In this document: positions 51,672 to 64,000 of the stretch, piece after piece
How the letters are laid out: each line of letters begins with the position of its first letter
Numbering within the stretch: the stretch's first letter is position 1
Source of the DNA: Adineta vaga
Taxonomy: Eukaryota; Animalia; Rotifera
Reading direction: 5' to 3'
Assembly: GCA_021613535.1 (NCBI GenBank)
Contig: CP075495.1
Span: 2,914,001 to 2,978,000 of the forward strand
Length of the DNA stretch: 64,000 bases
The notes under the pieces: model-generated
Told to the model about the DNA's origin: nothing
What the model saw: the letters and a program-made list of their open reading frames with translations, nothing else
Databases searched by the model: none
Position numbers and translations under genes: made by a program

Positions 51672-53123
51672 ATGGCTTCACAATCTAATGATAATTTACC
51701 AGTTCTACGAGATTTCAATACTATTGTCGATAGTACATTAGCATCATTTACAGCAATTTCGCGTAAGATTGGTGGTGAATTACCAACAATGATTGATTAT
51801 GTTGCACGTCTATTTGATGCGCAACGACAATTTATAAGAAAAGCAATACAAAGTAAGAAACCAACAAGTGACCAACAGATTCAAGAGTTAATTAAACCGC
51901 AATCGACAGAAATTGAAGCAATTTGTGGTAAATATTCATTTTTAAATCATTGAATCTTCTCTTCGACAAATATCCCTCTATTTTCCCGTAGCTTATACAA
52001 ATAAAAATCGCAAATCTCCATTATTTAATCATCTTTCTGCTATTTCGGAAGGTATTCCAGCATTAGGTTGGATTCTTGTTTCTCCTACACCGGCTCCACA
52101 TATTAGAGAAATGTCTGATGCAGCCCAATTTTATGCTAATCGTGTCTTAAAAGAATTCAAAGAAAAAGATCCTACTCATGTTGAATGGGTTAAAGATTGG
52201 ATGAAAGTTTTGAGTGAATTACATGCATATGTCAAACAATACCATACGACCGGTTTGACTTGGGGTGCTCATGGTCAACATGATGCAGGTGCTGGTGGAG
52301 CACCACAACCTCCGCTACCGCCACCACCACCACCACCACCTTCGTCTTCTGCTTTGTTATCATCAACAACTCATGCGGATGATGGTCAATCACGTACCGA
52401 ATTGATGAATACAATCAATGCATTGGGTACTGGTGCAGCATCACATTTAAAAAAAGTACCTAATGAACTTAAACTTCATAAAAATCCACAATTGCGAGAA
52501 CAAACAACAAATCAACCAGTAGAACAATCGAATAAATCTCATGTAAGTATTATTTTTCATTACAACCATCATTAACTGTGTCAATTGCGTCATTATAGAC
52601 GACAACTTCAAATACTTCATCATCTTCAAAATTAACATCTGGTCCACCTAAATTAGCATTAGAAGGTAATAAATGGGTTGTTGAATATCATTCAGGCCGA
52701 TCAGATCTGAAAATTACCGATACAAATATGAAACATACAGTTTATATATTCAAATGTTCTAATTCGACAATACAAATTCAAGGCAAAGTTAATTCAATTG
52801 TACTTGATCAATGTACGAAAGTTGGAATTCAATTTACATCAGCTGTATCATTAGTCGAATTCATTAATTGTCGTAGTATGAAAATACAAGTTATGGAACA
52901 TGTGCCAACCATTCAAATAGAAAAAACAGATGGTTGTCATGTATATCTCTCGAAAACATCTCTCGACACCGAATTTATCACTTCGAAATCATCAGAAATG
53001 ACAGTTAATGTTCCGTTTGGTGATGGAGAATATAAAGAACATCCAATACCCGAACAATTTAAAACACAATTAAAAGGTGGTAAACAATTAGTTACCGTTC
53101 CAAATGAATCAGCTGGTGTTTAA
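51672..53123 (+). CDS. CAP1: Adenylyl cyclase-associated protein (CAP/Srv2), 3 exons
   Basis: NHLSAISEGIPALGW, AQFYANRVLKEFK, HTTGLTW, polyproline, LKKV WH2, CARP domain KVNSI..SKSSEM..PIPEQFKT. Confidence 0.95.
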
Positions 53124-54388
53124 TACGAAAAATAACGAATATACTACTTTGAACAATTTACGAAATATACATGCTATTCATTTCTATCATTTTGTTCTTT
53201 TTCCTCTGCTATGTTTTTGACAGAATCTCAAATAAAGAATATCTTTGATTTTTGCTTGATTTTATCATTTGTATGTTAATAAGTGGAAGAAAATATTCAA
53301 GTAGACATAAAACACGAGCTTCGAATAAGATATGTACCGTAAATATTCGTTTTCTTTTTCTTCTTCATCAAATATTTATGTACTATAGATTACAAAAGTG
53401 AAGAAAGAATTTTCAGGTACAAACAATATTCAATAGATCCTTTTTCATATCTTATCAAATACTAAAAACCTTGAAAATCGAAAATGACAATTATCTATAT
53501 AAGAACCAAGTTGTTTAATCTTAAGATATAAGTCATTAATGTTTATTTCTTCGAAAATTAGTTGTTGTGTTGAATTACAACACGTCTTGATATTTAATTT
53601 GTTGTGTTTTTTTTTCATGGTCAACGATGAAAATGAAGTATGTACATTAAACTATCTTATCGCATTCATCCTATTCAATTGATTGTCACTTTAGATTTTT
53701 ATTTCATTCATCAACAGCTTTTCGTCATATAAATTCTTTCGAATGAAACACTCAACTATGGATTACATAAAAATCTATTGTAAAACAAATCTGTCCTGGA
53801 ATCATTGTAGATCGACAAATATAATAAATGACTATTGTTTTATAGATTTCGAATAAATGTCACAATTTACAGTGCATGTTTTGTTACTTCTCTCGTGGAA
53901 AATTTGAACTATTCGATATTCATTAACATTTTCTTTTATCGTATTTTATTTGAATGTTTTATTATGTTTTTTTTCTTCTCTCTCAGACCAATACAAATTG
54001 TCTTCCTAATGATAGAGCGAAAGAAAGATAAGAATTAAAAAACAGAAAATGAGAGACAAGGTCAATATAAAGTCGTTTCGAATCAGTATAATTCAAAGGA
54101 ATAAAAAAAAAAGTTTGGAGAGGTGTCAGAAGACAAATATATAACCATCGAAAGAAGAAAAAGAAAGCTTGACTAGATGCAGCTATTTTTCAACATTTTT
54201 TTTTACAACAATCCGAATGCATATATATCAAAAGAATAGTTGACAAACGAAAATTACAATAAAAATCTTTTCAAGGTTTTATTCTTGCTGTTGTTATTTT
54301 TTGAATCTCTCTATTCTTCTTCTTCTTCTTCTTCTTGTCAATCGATATGCATATCATATATTTCGAGCTTTTTTGTTCCTAGGAAATT

Positions 54389-55582
54389 ATGTCAAGTAAA
54401 TTATTCGGTCAGGCTCAAGGACTTCCATGGATTAAATCATTGAACGTACCTAATGATGATGAACATTCTGATCGATTAAATCATCGTTATACTACAGGAT
54501 TTCTTCTTATATGTGCAGTTCTTGCAACAGGTAGTCCTTTCGTTTTCAATCGAATGACTTGTTGGGTACCAGCTCAATTTATTGGTGCTTATACAAAATA
54601 TACGGAAAATTATTGTTGGATTTCAAATACATACTATGTTCCAACAAATAGTACGGTTCCACATAGTAAAGAAGTACGTGAACATGCCGAAATTGGTTAT
54701 TATCAATGGGTACCATTTATTTTTCTTCTTTGTGCATTTGGTTTCTATTTACCACGTATGCTTTGGCGAGCAATGAATACACGTTCTGGTATTGATTTAC
54801 AATTTTTAATGAGTAAAAAACAATCGAAAATTGTTATCGCTGCTATGGAACATTATTGTCAACCGAATGAACATGATAATACATTTGCAAGTCGATTTTA
54901 TCGTACTTTGTTCTGTACAACTGGTAAACGTTTAGGAAATTATCTTACTGCAATATATTTAATGGTTAAAATTCTCTACTTAATCAATTCATTTCTTCAA
55001 TTAGTTCTTGTTCATATAATCTTGGGTCAACCAGGTTGGTTCTATGGATATGATATATGGTATAGTGTATTTGTAAGAAATTCTGTTCTAACTGATTCAC
55101 CATATTTTCCTCGTATAACATTATGTGATTTACGTATACGTGAAGTTGGTAATTTACATCGTTATACTGTTCAATGTGTATTACCAATAAATATGTTAAA
55201 TGAAAAAATTTTTTCTCTCACATGGTTTTGGTTCATTTATGTATTTATTTCAAATTGTATTTCATTTTTATCAACATTAACTTACATTTGTTTATCAGGA
55301 CGTCGAATTAATTTTATACGTGATCTCTATCGTAAAAGTATATCTAAAACAATTAAAAATGATGCTCTCATCGTCGAATTTACACGAGATTTTCTTATGC
55401 AAGATGGTGTTTTAATATTAAAAATCATCGAACGAAATGGTCCACCTTTTGTTGCAATAGAGGCCGTACATGATCTTCTCTCCAACTATCCAACTAATCA
55501 AAGAAACCTAAAACAACAACAACAACAACAACCGTTATTACCTCCAACAACAGAATCACCATATAATAGTACTAGTGTTTAG
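54389..55582 (+). CDS. Innexin, intronless
   Basis: DRLNHRYT, CWVPAQF, NYCWI, YYQWVPF, FPRITLCD, QCVLPINMLNEKIF. Confidence 0.97.
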   Translation: MSSKLFGQAQGLPWIKSLNVPNDDEHSDRLNHRYTTGFLLICAVLATGSPFVFNRMTCWVPAQFIGAYTKYTENYCWISNTYYVPTNSTVPHSKEVREHAEIGYYQWVPFIFLLCAFGFYLPRMLWRAMNTRSGIDLQFLMSKKQSKIVIAAMEHYCQPNEHDNTFASRFYRTLFCTTGKRLGNYLTAIYLMVKILYLINSFLQLVLVHIILGQPGWFYGYDIWYSVFVRNSVLTDSPYFPRITLCDLRIREVGNLHRYTVQCVLPINMLNEKIFSLTWFWFIYVFISNCISFLSTLTYICLSGRRINFIRDLYRKSISKTIKNDALIVEFTRDFLMQDGVLILKIIERNGPPFVAIEAVHDLLSNYPTNQRNLKQQQQQQPLLPPTTESPYNSTSV

Positions 55583-56664
55583 ATTTCCCATTTGATTTTT
55601 ACATATAAGTTTTCTCTTCATACTCCGATAATATGCTACTCTCACTAGGTTTACACAGTATATTAGACTTTTTTGTGTGTGAATGTGTTCGTAATATAAA
55701 AGAAAATCAGTCATGATATTAAACGTTTTGTTGAATCACATTGCAAAACGAAAGAATGTGTTTTCGTACTTGATGAATATCAGTAATTGCGTTTTTTCAA
55801 AAACATGCACATGATTCGTTTTTTTTTGATGAATGATAGGAAGGTAAATGACGTAGAAAGATATCGGTAAATATGCTTATCAATTTGTAAGGGTCAGGTG
55901 AAAAAAAATTAGGAAAATATAAATCACATGTTAATTTATTTGAATGATTGTATACGTTAATCATGAGACTCAAAAATTATGTCATAAGTCATAAGATGAA
56001 ACTTGAAGAATCAGAAGAATCACTTTTTTTCTCTTGTATTTACATCTCCTTGAATGATTTTAAAAGATAAATGCATTCGTATAGGTTAAAGGCCACCTGA
56101 TTACCTTTTTTTTCTATCGATAATTGTCTCTTTTTTGATGATGCAAAACTATGACTCATGCAATGACGTCGTTTCTTATTGTCAAATATAATCATTACTC
56201 GCATTTGATTCAGGGAAGGTATGTGAACAATGTATCTTTTCATAAATCAGGTTTTGATATAGATTGATATAAATATACATATGTGTCTATTCTATGATAG
56301 AGGTATAAATACTTCTCGTTCGTAATGTATATAACTATTCTAAAAGTCAACTGCATAGTTGTTAATATTAACGTTAACATATAGTTAGTCAAGCAGAAAT
56401 TACAAGCAATTGTGTTGATCAATATTGAATGCAAATTGCTGTTCGTAGGTTATGCAGTCTTTTTCTTTTGAGTTAAGAGTAAGTTTATTTTATTGTAAGG
56501 ATTATACAATCAAGAATTGGTATGTTAAAATTTTGATTTATTTTAATCGAAAGATATTTGACGATTAGTCGCAAATAGTTTCAGTTACTCGTTTTGAATA
56601 TGTTTCTTTTGGTGGAGAATATGCCGTTTGTAAAGTAAGATGGCAAGCAACATCATTAAATGGT

Positions 56665-56907
56665 TCACATGTAGCAAGTCGATTTATCCATACAAAATAA
56701 ACCATTGTAGTTTTGTCGAGGACTTGTTTGATCATCATTCATTGAGACACTTCGTTTTTTACCATGATATGTCGTGCAAAATCCACGTGCACAAAACATC
56801 CATCCACGACCATGAACCCAATCACATATCCAATAGCCAGCATTGACTTGTACAATGAGAAGAATTAATATTGTATTGATAGTGAAAATACGAATAGGTT
56901 TAGTCAT
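56665..56907 (-). CDS. Secreted peptide precursor with GKKR amidation/cleavage site
   Basis: Hydrophobic signal ending in VNA, mature GYWICDWVHGRGWMFCARGFCTTYH-GKKR, second Cys-containing segment. Confidence 0.65.
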   Translation of the reverse strand: MTKPIRIFTINTILILLIVQVNAGYWICDWVHGRGWMFCARGFCTTYHGKKRSVSMNDDQTSPRQNYNGLFCMDKSTCYM

Positions 56908-57565
56908 TAGTTATTTGGAATTCTAAAACAATATTGAGATATTAATAAAGGATTAGAACATGGGTGAGATATATATTTTGCCATTGTCTTGAGTATATTA
57001 TTCTATATTACTAGTGAATAGGGGAATTGAGAAAACGGAGAGAAAGAAAGAATGGAATTGTGGGTGAGAGAAGTCTGATCGTACCGTTTTCCTTATATCT
57101 TCTACTTTTTTTCATAGAAAAAGAAACTATTCAGACTATATTGACATATCGTCATGGACTTCTCTACATATTAGTAATGGTAATCAGTCTTTAGTTCCTT
57201 TTTTTATTAACTCGTTCTATAAAAAGACAAAATCGCGTATAGAAATATAACGAAAAATAATCTGTTTGAAAATTATAACTATCTAATGAACGTATGCTTG
57301 ATAAGTCGTTGTAATCCATAGAGACGCTTAGATTCATTTTCATAATGACAGTGTTGACTTAGTCGTTTAGATTTTCTGCTTGTTATCTGACTGAGCATAA
57401 ACAGGAAGTTTTCTATTAAGAAATATTATTAATCTTATTTGTGATACGTGCATTACATATCGATTTGCCAATAATAACTTAAAATATATCATATATACAT
57501 ATATAAATGTTCTACATTTCTTTCTAGATAAAACTCGTTTTTCTCCTCTCAAATCATTCATAATA

Positions 57566-58174
57566 ATGGCTATTCGAAGATTACAACAAGATTTTCGACA
57601 ATTGTTGAACAATAAAGTTGAAGGTATTGATGCCAGTCCTTCTGCAGATAATCTTTTCGTATGGAACGCAATTATTTGTGGACCAGAAGAAAGTATTTAT
57701 GAATCGGGTGTCTTTCAATTACAAATACTCTTTCCCGAAGATTATCCACTTCGACCACCACAAGTTCGTTTTATCAATAAAGTTTTTCATCCAAATGTTT
57801 GGTGGGAAGATGGACGTATTTGTGTTGATATTTTGAAAGATGGTTGGACACCTTCTTATGATGTTTTAGCAATCCTTCATTCTATTCGTCTTCTTCTTAT
57901 TGATCCTAATCCATTGAGTCCCGCTAATTTAGAAGCAGCACTTTTATTTCGAGATAATCGAGTAGAATACAATAGTCGTGTTTCACAAATGATACAAGAT
58001 GCACTTGATGCAGATGATGAAGATGACGCCGATGAAGATGAAGATCACGATGATGATACTGATCATGATCATGATGATCATAATGAAGATACTGATGAAG
58101 CAACTGCTCAAGCTGATGATGGTGATATTCTTCGTGAGAAAACAATGATTCATCGTCAAAGTATTACTGAATGA
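57566..58174 (+). CDS. Rad6/UBE2A-like ubiquitin-conjugating enzyme with acidic tail, intronless
   Basis: RRLQQDF, WNAIICGP, FPEDYPLRPP, HPN..GRICVDIL, WTPSYDV, DPNPLSPAN. Confidence 0.9.
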   Translation: MAIRRLQQDFRQLLNNKVEGIDASPSADNLFVWNAIICGPEESIYESGVFQLQILFPEDYPLRPPQVRFINKVFHPNVWWEDGRICVDILKDGWTPSYDVLAILHSIRLLLIDPNPLSPANLEAALLFRDNRVEYNSRVSQMIQDALDADDEDDADEDEDHDDDTDHDHDDHNEDTDEATAQADDGDILREKTMIHRQSITE

Positions 58175-59080
58175 AAAAACATTTAGTTAAATCGATTTTC
58201 TCTCAAAACCGACCGTTTCATTGCGTGTATATATGAACGATTTTGTTTCTTGTAAAAAATATCGTTTTTTTTTTGTAGTTTTATTAGTGTATATAGTTTA
58301 TTTCATACCGTTGCATTTCAAGTTGTTTTACTTGCAGATTTTTCTTCAATTATTTGATTAAATAAAGTATAAATTCAAATATTTGCGTGATCTCTTAATC
58401 AGTATGATTGATAATAATGATGATTTGGCTATGAAAAATGAGTCACATCTATTGTGTGTAGATGAATGCTATTAATAGTACATACTGAATGATTCTTGGT
58501 ATTATGTAGTAGATATGTATAAAGAAACATAACAATGAGATAGAGACGTCAAATAGTACATTTGTCAAATCAATAGTAGAATATACTTTTATTGTGTATC
58601 GGATGATCTCAATGAATTTTCTTTTTAAAACATCACACACATGTTATACTAGTTTATAAACTATGTGTAACCTACGTTGTAAATCGAGTGTTATTTAACC
58701 GTAATGAAGACCGGTTTTAATCAAACCATGATACGATAGATGTCAGATATAGACTATAGATATTATTCAGAAGAGTTTTGTCGAAGTTAAATAAACATTC
58801 TCTTAATACTTGGATTAATATGTGAACATTTTTATTCGAACTAAGAAATCTCGAATTCTAAAAGATTTTTCAAAACCTTTGTTGAGATGTTCATTAAACA
58901 GAAATCCAGTTTTTACTTATTTCTATCCAATGAAATCCATTTTGTATTTCAATAAACAACATTGCTAGTTTTATGATATATATACTTTTGCTTAGAAATT
59001 GTTTCGATGAATCTTTTTTTCCTAAACAATTCGAATTTTTTTTCAGATCTCGTTAGATTTCAGAAGAAAAAACCGGAAAA

Positions 59081-59750
59081 ATGTTGATGCCCAAGAAACA
59101 TCGTACACTCATCTACGAGTATCTTATGAAAGAAGGTGTTGTCGTTGCTGAAAAAGATTTTGCTCTCGACAAACATCCAGCTATAGCAGTACCAAATATT
59201 CATGTCATTAAAGCACTTCAAGTAAATTTTATTTTCATTAATCTTTCGAGAAAATTAAATATTCGTTCACTTTAGTCACTTAAATCACGCGATTTAGTTA
59301 AAGAACAATTTGCATGGCGTCATTATTATTGGTATTTAAATAATGCAGGTACTAATTTCTTACGGGAATATCTTAATTTACCACCTGAAATTGTACCGGC
59401 TACACTCAAACGACCAACAAGACCTGAAGGAACTAAAACAGCCAAACGAGGTAGGCTCGTTTTTTTAAGATCTATTTAATACTTTTTCTTATACAAATTT
59501 GAATTTGATTAGTTGACACTGCTCGACCAGCATCACCATCTGATCAAAGTCGACAAGAATATCGTCGTGGTGGTTATGATAAACAAGGCGAAGTTGGTGC
59601 TGGATCTGCTCGACCTGAATTCGTAAGTGTAATTTAAAAAAAAATAGAAAATCATCGACTATTTCTATTATTTAGCGAGGCGGTTATGGTCGAGGCCGTG
59701 GATTCAATGAAAGTAATCGTGGTGGTCCCGGTAATGCTGATCAACAATAA
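59081..59750 (+). CDS. RPS10: 40S ribosomal protein S10 (4 exons)
   Basis: [53 protein letters not shown]. Confidence 0.97.
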
Positions 59751-59996
59751 AGAAAAGTCGGACTAACATCAATTCTGTTATCGTCAGTTTTTGTTTGTTT
59801 TTGTAAGAAAAACTTCTGAGAAAAAAAAGAACTTGTTTTGATGATAACAAGAAATTCTCTTCGGCCCGAATAAAAAACATACATATATCAAGCCGAAAAT
59901 ATTCTTTTCGACATTCTCTTATTTTTTATCTCACGAAACAAAAGAATTACTATTCATAAACATTGAATACTTTCAGATCATAATTGTTTTAACACG

Positions 59997-60534
59997 ATGG
60001 CATCGACATCAACTAAATTACGTCCATTAGTTAAAGGTAGAATCCTCAAAAAACGTACAAAAAAATTCGTTCGCCATCAAAGTGATCGTTATATTCGTCT
60101 ACGTGTATGAATAATTTCTTTTGCAAATGTTCATCGAACTAATCTTTTCGTATGACTTCTTTTTTCGTAGCCAAGCTGGCGTAAACCACGTGGTATTGAC
60201 AATCGTGTTCGCCGACGTTTCAAAGGTGTTTATTTGATGCCATCGATTGGTTATGGTTCAGATAAACGCACACGTCATATGCGTCCAGATGGTTTTCGTC
60301 CATTTCTTGTTAGCAATGTTAAGGTAAAAGATCTTCAACTAACACAACAAATCGATTCGATTAATTTTTCCATAGGAACTCGAAATGTTATTGATGCAAA
60401 ATCGTAAATTTGCTGCTGAAATCTCTCATACAGTCTCAGCACCAAATCGTAAGAAAATCATTGAACGTGCTCAACAATTAGCCATTAAGGTAACTAATCC
60501 AAATGCACGTTTACGTGCTGAAGAAAAAGAATAA
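59997..60534 (+). CDS. RPL32: 60S ribosomal protein L32 (3 exons)
   Basis: [44 protein letters not shown]. Confidence 0.97.
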
Positions 60535-60966
60535 ACAACAGCAGCAGCAGCACAACAACAACAACAAACAAGCCAAACATCGATTACAAAAAATATATCA
60601 AACACATTGTTTTTGTGTATTTGCTTTGTTGGTTACTCTATTATTATTAAAATAAAAAGATCAATGAGAACCGGATAATTGTTCGTTTTAATTTTTGAAA
60701 TTTAATCAACCAAAAATATAAGTACATGCTTTCAATGATAATGATGTCTGAGAGATGAAAAACAACAAAAAAATTCTTCTCACGTATGTAATTATACATC
60801 TTATATCAGTAGACATCATCGATCGTTTGCTGTTGAAGAAGACTTTTTGCTTAGATATTAACCATGATAGTAAAGATATCTTGTATTTAAAATCTGAAGA
60901 AGTCTATTATTAGTCTCGTTCTGTATCTTTTTCTTTTCTAGATATCTTTTCTTCGAAGTTCGAACA

Positions 60967-62859
60967 ATGCTTGTATGTGAAAATCAACTAAATTATAATA
61001 ATACATATATATATATATAAGTTTTTATTATTTATTTTAAGACAGCAGAGCATAATGTGGATATCCACGATGGCAAAGTAAGATAATGAATTGATTTGTA
61101 GAAAATAAAAAAATTCTTTTCAAAATATCTTTAGCAACAACATAGTGATACGGTGAATCTTAATGAAAGTGATATCAATATTGATATATCTGATGCACTT
61201 AGTGAAAAAGAAAAAGTGAAATTTACTGTGCATACAAAAGTAGATATTGATTTGTTTTGTTTTGTTAAACATTGGCTTTCTTATTTTGATTTTAATAGAC
61301 AAAATTATCACTTTTTCAAGAATCAGAATTTAGTGTTACAAGACAACATGAAGAATTCATTTGGTTACATGATCGATATAATGAAAATGAAGAATATGCT
61401 GGTTTAATTGTAAATATTTGATTTCACTTGTTTTTTATTAATCGAATGAAATTATGCGAATATTTTAGATTCCACCAGTGCCACCACGGCCTGATTTCGA
61501 TTCATCTCGTGCTAAATTACAAAAATTAAGTGATAGTGAAGGTTCATTAACACGAGAAGAATATGAAAAAATGAAACAAGAACTTGAAGCGTATGTTACT
61601 ATTTTTATCTAGGATTAAAATGATTAATATTTGATTATTTTAGAGAGTATTTAGCAATGTTTAAAAAGACTGTTTCTATGCATGAAGTTTTTCTTCAACG
61701 TCTTGCAGCACATCCAATTTTACGTAATGATAATAATTTTCGTGTATTTCTCGAATATAAAGAAGATGTAATCAATTTTTTCAAAATCAACGTTTAGAAT
61801 CGAACAATTAGTTGTTTATATTTAGTTAAGTGTTCGGGGTAAAAATGCTAAAGAACAAATCAGTGGGTTTTTTAAAACATTAACAAAAACAGCTGATGAA
61901 GTTCTCTTGGCAAATCAGAAGGTTAGTTCATATTCACATTGAATGTATAGTAGATCTAGTTTTTGTTTCTTTCAGGAAACTGATGATTTTTTTGAACGTC
62001 AAAAACAATTTCTGTTAGCATATAATGCGAAAATAAAAGATACTACAGCGGCTGCTGATAAAGCAACTCGCGCTCAGAAAAGTCAGTTATTTATTTAAGG
62101 AAATGTTTTTCACATATCAATTGTTTCTAGATGTGGCGGATACATATATTAAATTATCCAGTGGTTTAAATACTTTGTCAACAACTGATAAAAGTGATTT
62201 AACCAAGTAAATCAAGAATTTTGGTTTTTTTTTCATTCAACTCATTTCTTTTCTCATAGATATTGTCTTCTCTTAGCAGATTTCTTTGAAAAAGCTCGAG
62301 TAAGATTTTCATTTCGTTCTTGATATTCTGTAGTCTTTCTTTTTTTTTTGTTTTTAAAGAAATTAGAATCACGTATTCAATCAGATACTGATCTAAAATT
62401 ATCCGATACATTACGTTATTATATGCGTGATTCGAAAGCTGCACTTGATTTAATGTATCGTCGTTCTCGTTGTTTGGCTGATTTTGAAACAGCTAATAAA
62501 AATTTAGATCGTGCTCGAACAAAGAATAAAGATATTCCACAAGCTGAAACAGCACAACAAAATATAAAAACAAAATTTGAAACGATTTCTTCAAAAGCTA
62601 AAGATGGTTTGATTAAAATAATTTGTTGATTGATGCAAAAAAAAAATCTTGAAAATTATTTTAGAATTGAATGATTTCAAAACACGACGAGTACAAATGT
62701 TTCGAAAAAATTTAATCGAATTTACGGAATTACAAATTAAACATACGAAAGTATGATCATGTTTTGTTTTTCTTGAATTTTCATCTGTAAATTTCTATTG
62801 TTTAGGCTCAGATTCAAATGATCAACGGTTTCATTCAACAATCTGACACTCTCGAATAG
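60967..62859 (+). CDS. SNX6: Sorting nexin 5/6 (PX-BAR), many small exons
   Basis: [63 protein letters not shown]. Confidence 0.92.
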
Positions 62860-63431
62860 ATATTCAAATGTTCAGATGTGACGAATTATTAGCATTGAAG
62901 AAAACCAAAATCTGTGATTTAATTGAAATTCTTTTCCTTATTTTTATCCCCCATGAGAATCAAAAATAGAAATATACTTTTCGTAATTTTTTTATTGGTA
63001 ATTTTTCTTTTCATCTTTTATTCATTCTTATCTAATTGTTAAACAGCATTTAATGAGATATTTATTGTATAAAACAAAATTTTGAAAAAAACCGAAAACA
63101 AATCTATGTGCAACTTTGTCATTATTGCTTTTGTGTGTTTTATAAAAGAATGTCATACTCTGTAAAGTATTAAACATTAAGAAAAAATCGTCAGTGAACA
63201 CAATTACACAGTGATTAGAAATCAATTGAGAGTGAGAGTGAAAATATATTCATATAATTGAATAGATGTCGCATATTGTTCATCCAGAAAATTTCCTATT
63301 GGATTAATCTGTATATCCATTGATATAATTCTTTTTCAGTTTTGTTGCTTGTTCTCTTCTTCACTCCATTTTTTTTGTCTTATTGTTGTTTATTCATATT
63401 TGTCAATGAACATTTGAAATAACTTGATAGA

Positions 63432-64000
63432 ATGAATCGAACTTTATTAGTTCATTCTAATACAACATTATCATCTGATTTACCACTTCATTCATTAAAT
63501 AGCAACGCTATGCAACAACAAAGACAACAACGTCGTCAAAATCATCGTGTATCATCATCAACATCATCGATAATTGATTCTCATTTAGTTAATCTATATG
63601 CACAATTAGCTTCAATTGAACAGCAACATGCAAATTCATCAACAACAACAATTGAATCAAATCGTTTGAAATCTTTACTTGAATCGTATCATTATAGTTG
63701 TTTACAATTGAAAGCACGATATAAAATTGAAGAAGAACGTATTGATCGTCGGTTTGATTTAGAAACACGTTGTACACGTGCACATTTTCAAGCAAAAAAA
63801 AGTGAATTAAAAGAACTCTTAATTGATCGTCTACGACGTAAACGTAAATTAGTTGTTGATGAAATGCGTTCAGCTATTGATATTCATTCACGTTCATTCG
63901 ATGCTGATCCATTACTTGTGACAATGCAACCACCTCATCCCTTACAAGCTAAAGCGTATAACTTTCGACAACGACCAGATATTGGACAACAAACACCAAC
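63432..64000 (+). CDS. SUDS3/Sds3-like protein, truncated by the window end
   Basis: Open frame to the window edge; FQAKKSELKELLIDRLRRKRKLV..YNFRQRPD resembles SDS3 ([31 protein letters not shown]). Confidence 0.65.
   Translation, partial: MNRTLLVHSNTTLSSDLPLHSLNSNAMQQQRQQRRQNHRVSSSTSSIIDSHLVNLYAQLASIEQQHANSSTTTIESNRLKSLLESYHYSCLQLKARYKIEEERIDRRFDLETRCTRAHFQAKKSELKELLIDRLRRKRKLVVDEMRSAIDIHSRSFDADPLLVTMQPPHPLQAKAYNFRQRPDIGQQTP

Noticed and set aside
56665-56667. TGA as selenocysteine in the peptide precursor
   Set aside because: A TAA follows two codons later and no SECIS was seen. A frameshift explains it better.
1-64000. CRISPR arrays, autonomous transposons, and the many short antisense or shifted ORFs in the track
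   Set aside because: No spaced direct repeats and no transposase, RT or Rep/helicase ORF. The short ORFs overlap real exons or AT-rich UTRs, and many start at TTG/GTG.

Overview
AT-rich, gene-dense eukaryotic (metazoan) DNA with very short (~50-60 nt) GT-AG introns and some bacterial-type genes. This combination suggests a bdelloid rotifer (inference). About 24 protein genes: RPL19, SORD, RRP36, a coilin-N-domain mini-protein, MED14, GH5 endoglycoceramidase, LMF, acetyl-CoA carboxylase, BRMS1-like, TRPM, GPCR, two tetraspanins, Tudor protein, malate synthase G, membrane-anchored HIT/GalT-like protein, CAP, innexin, a secreted peptide precursor, Rad6-like E2, RPS10, RPL32, SNX5/6 and SDS3-like. 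There is also a tRNA-Glu(CTC) with a decayed copy. Most notable: (1) a spliced-leader-RNA-like gene (GGTTATTACCCAACTTTCAG|GTAAT) lying upstream of a tight co-oriented cluster; (2) three operon-like clusters whose downstream genes have unpaired splice acceptors just before the ATG; (3) an intronic H/ACA snoRNA candidate aimed at the 28S A-loop region; (4) an intron-containing malate synthase G with a PTS1-like tail. Multi-exon boundaries and RNA folds were read by eye, and no searches were run.
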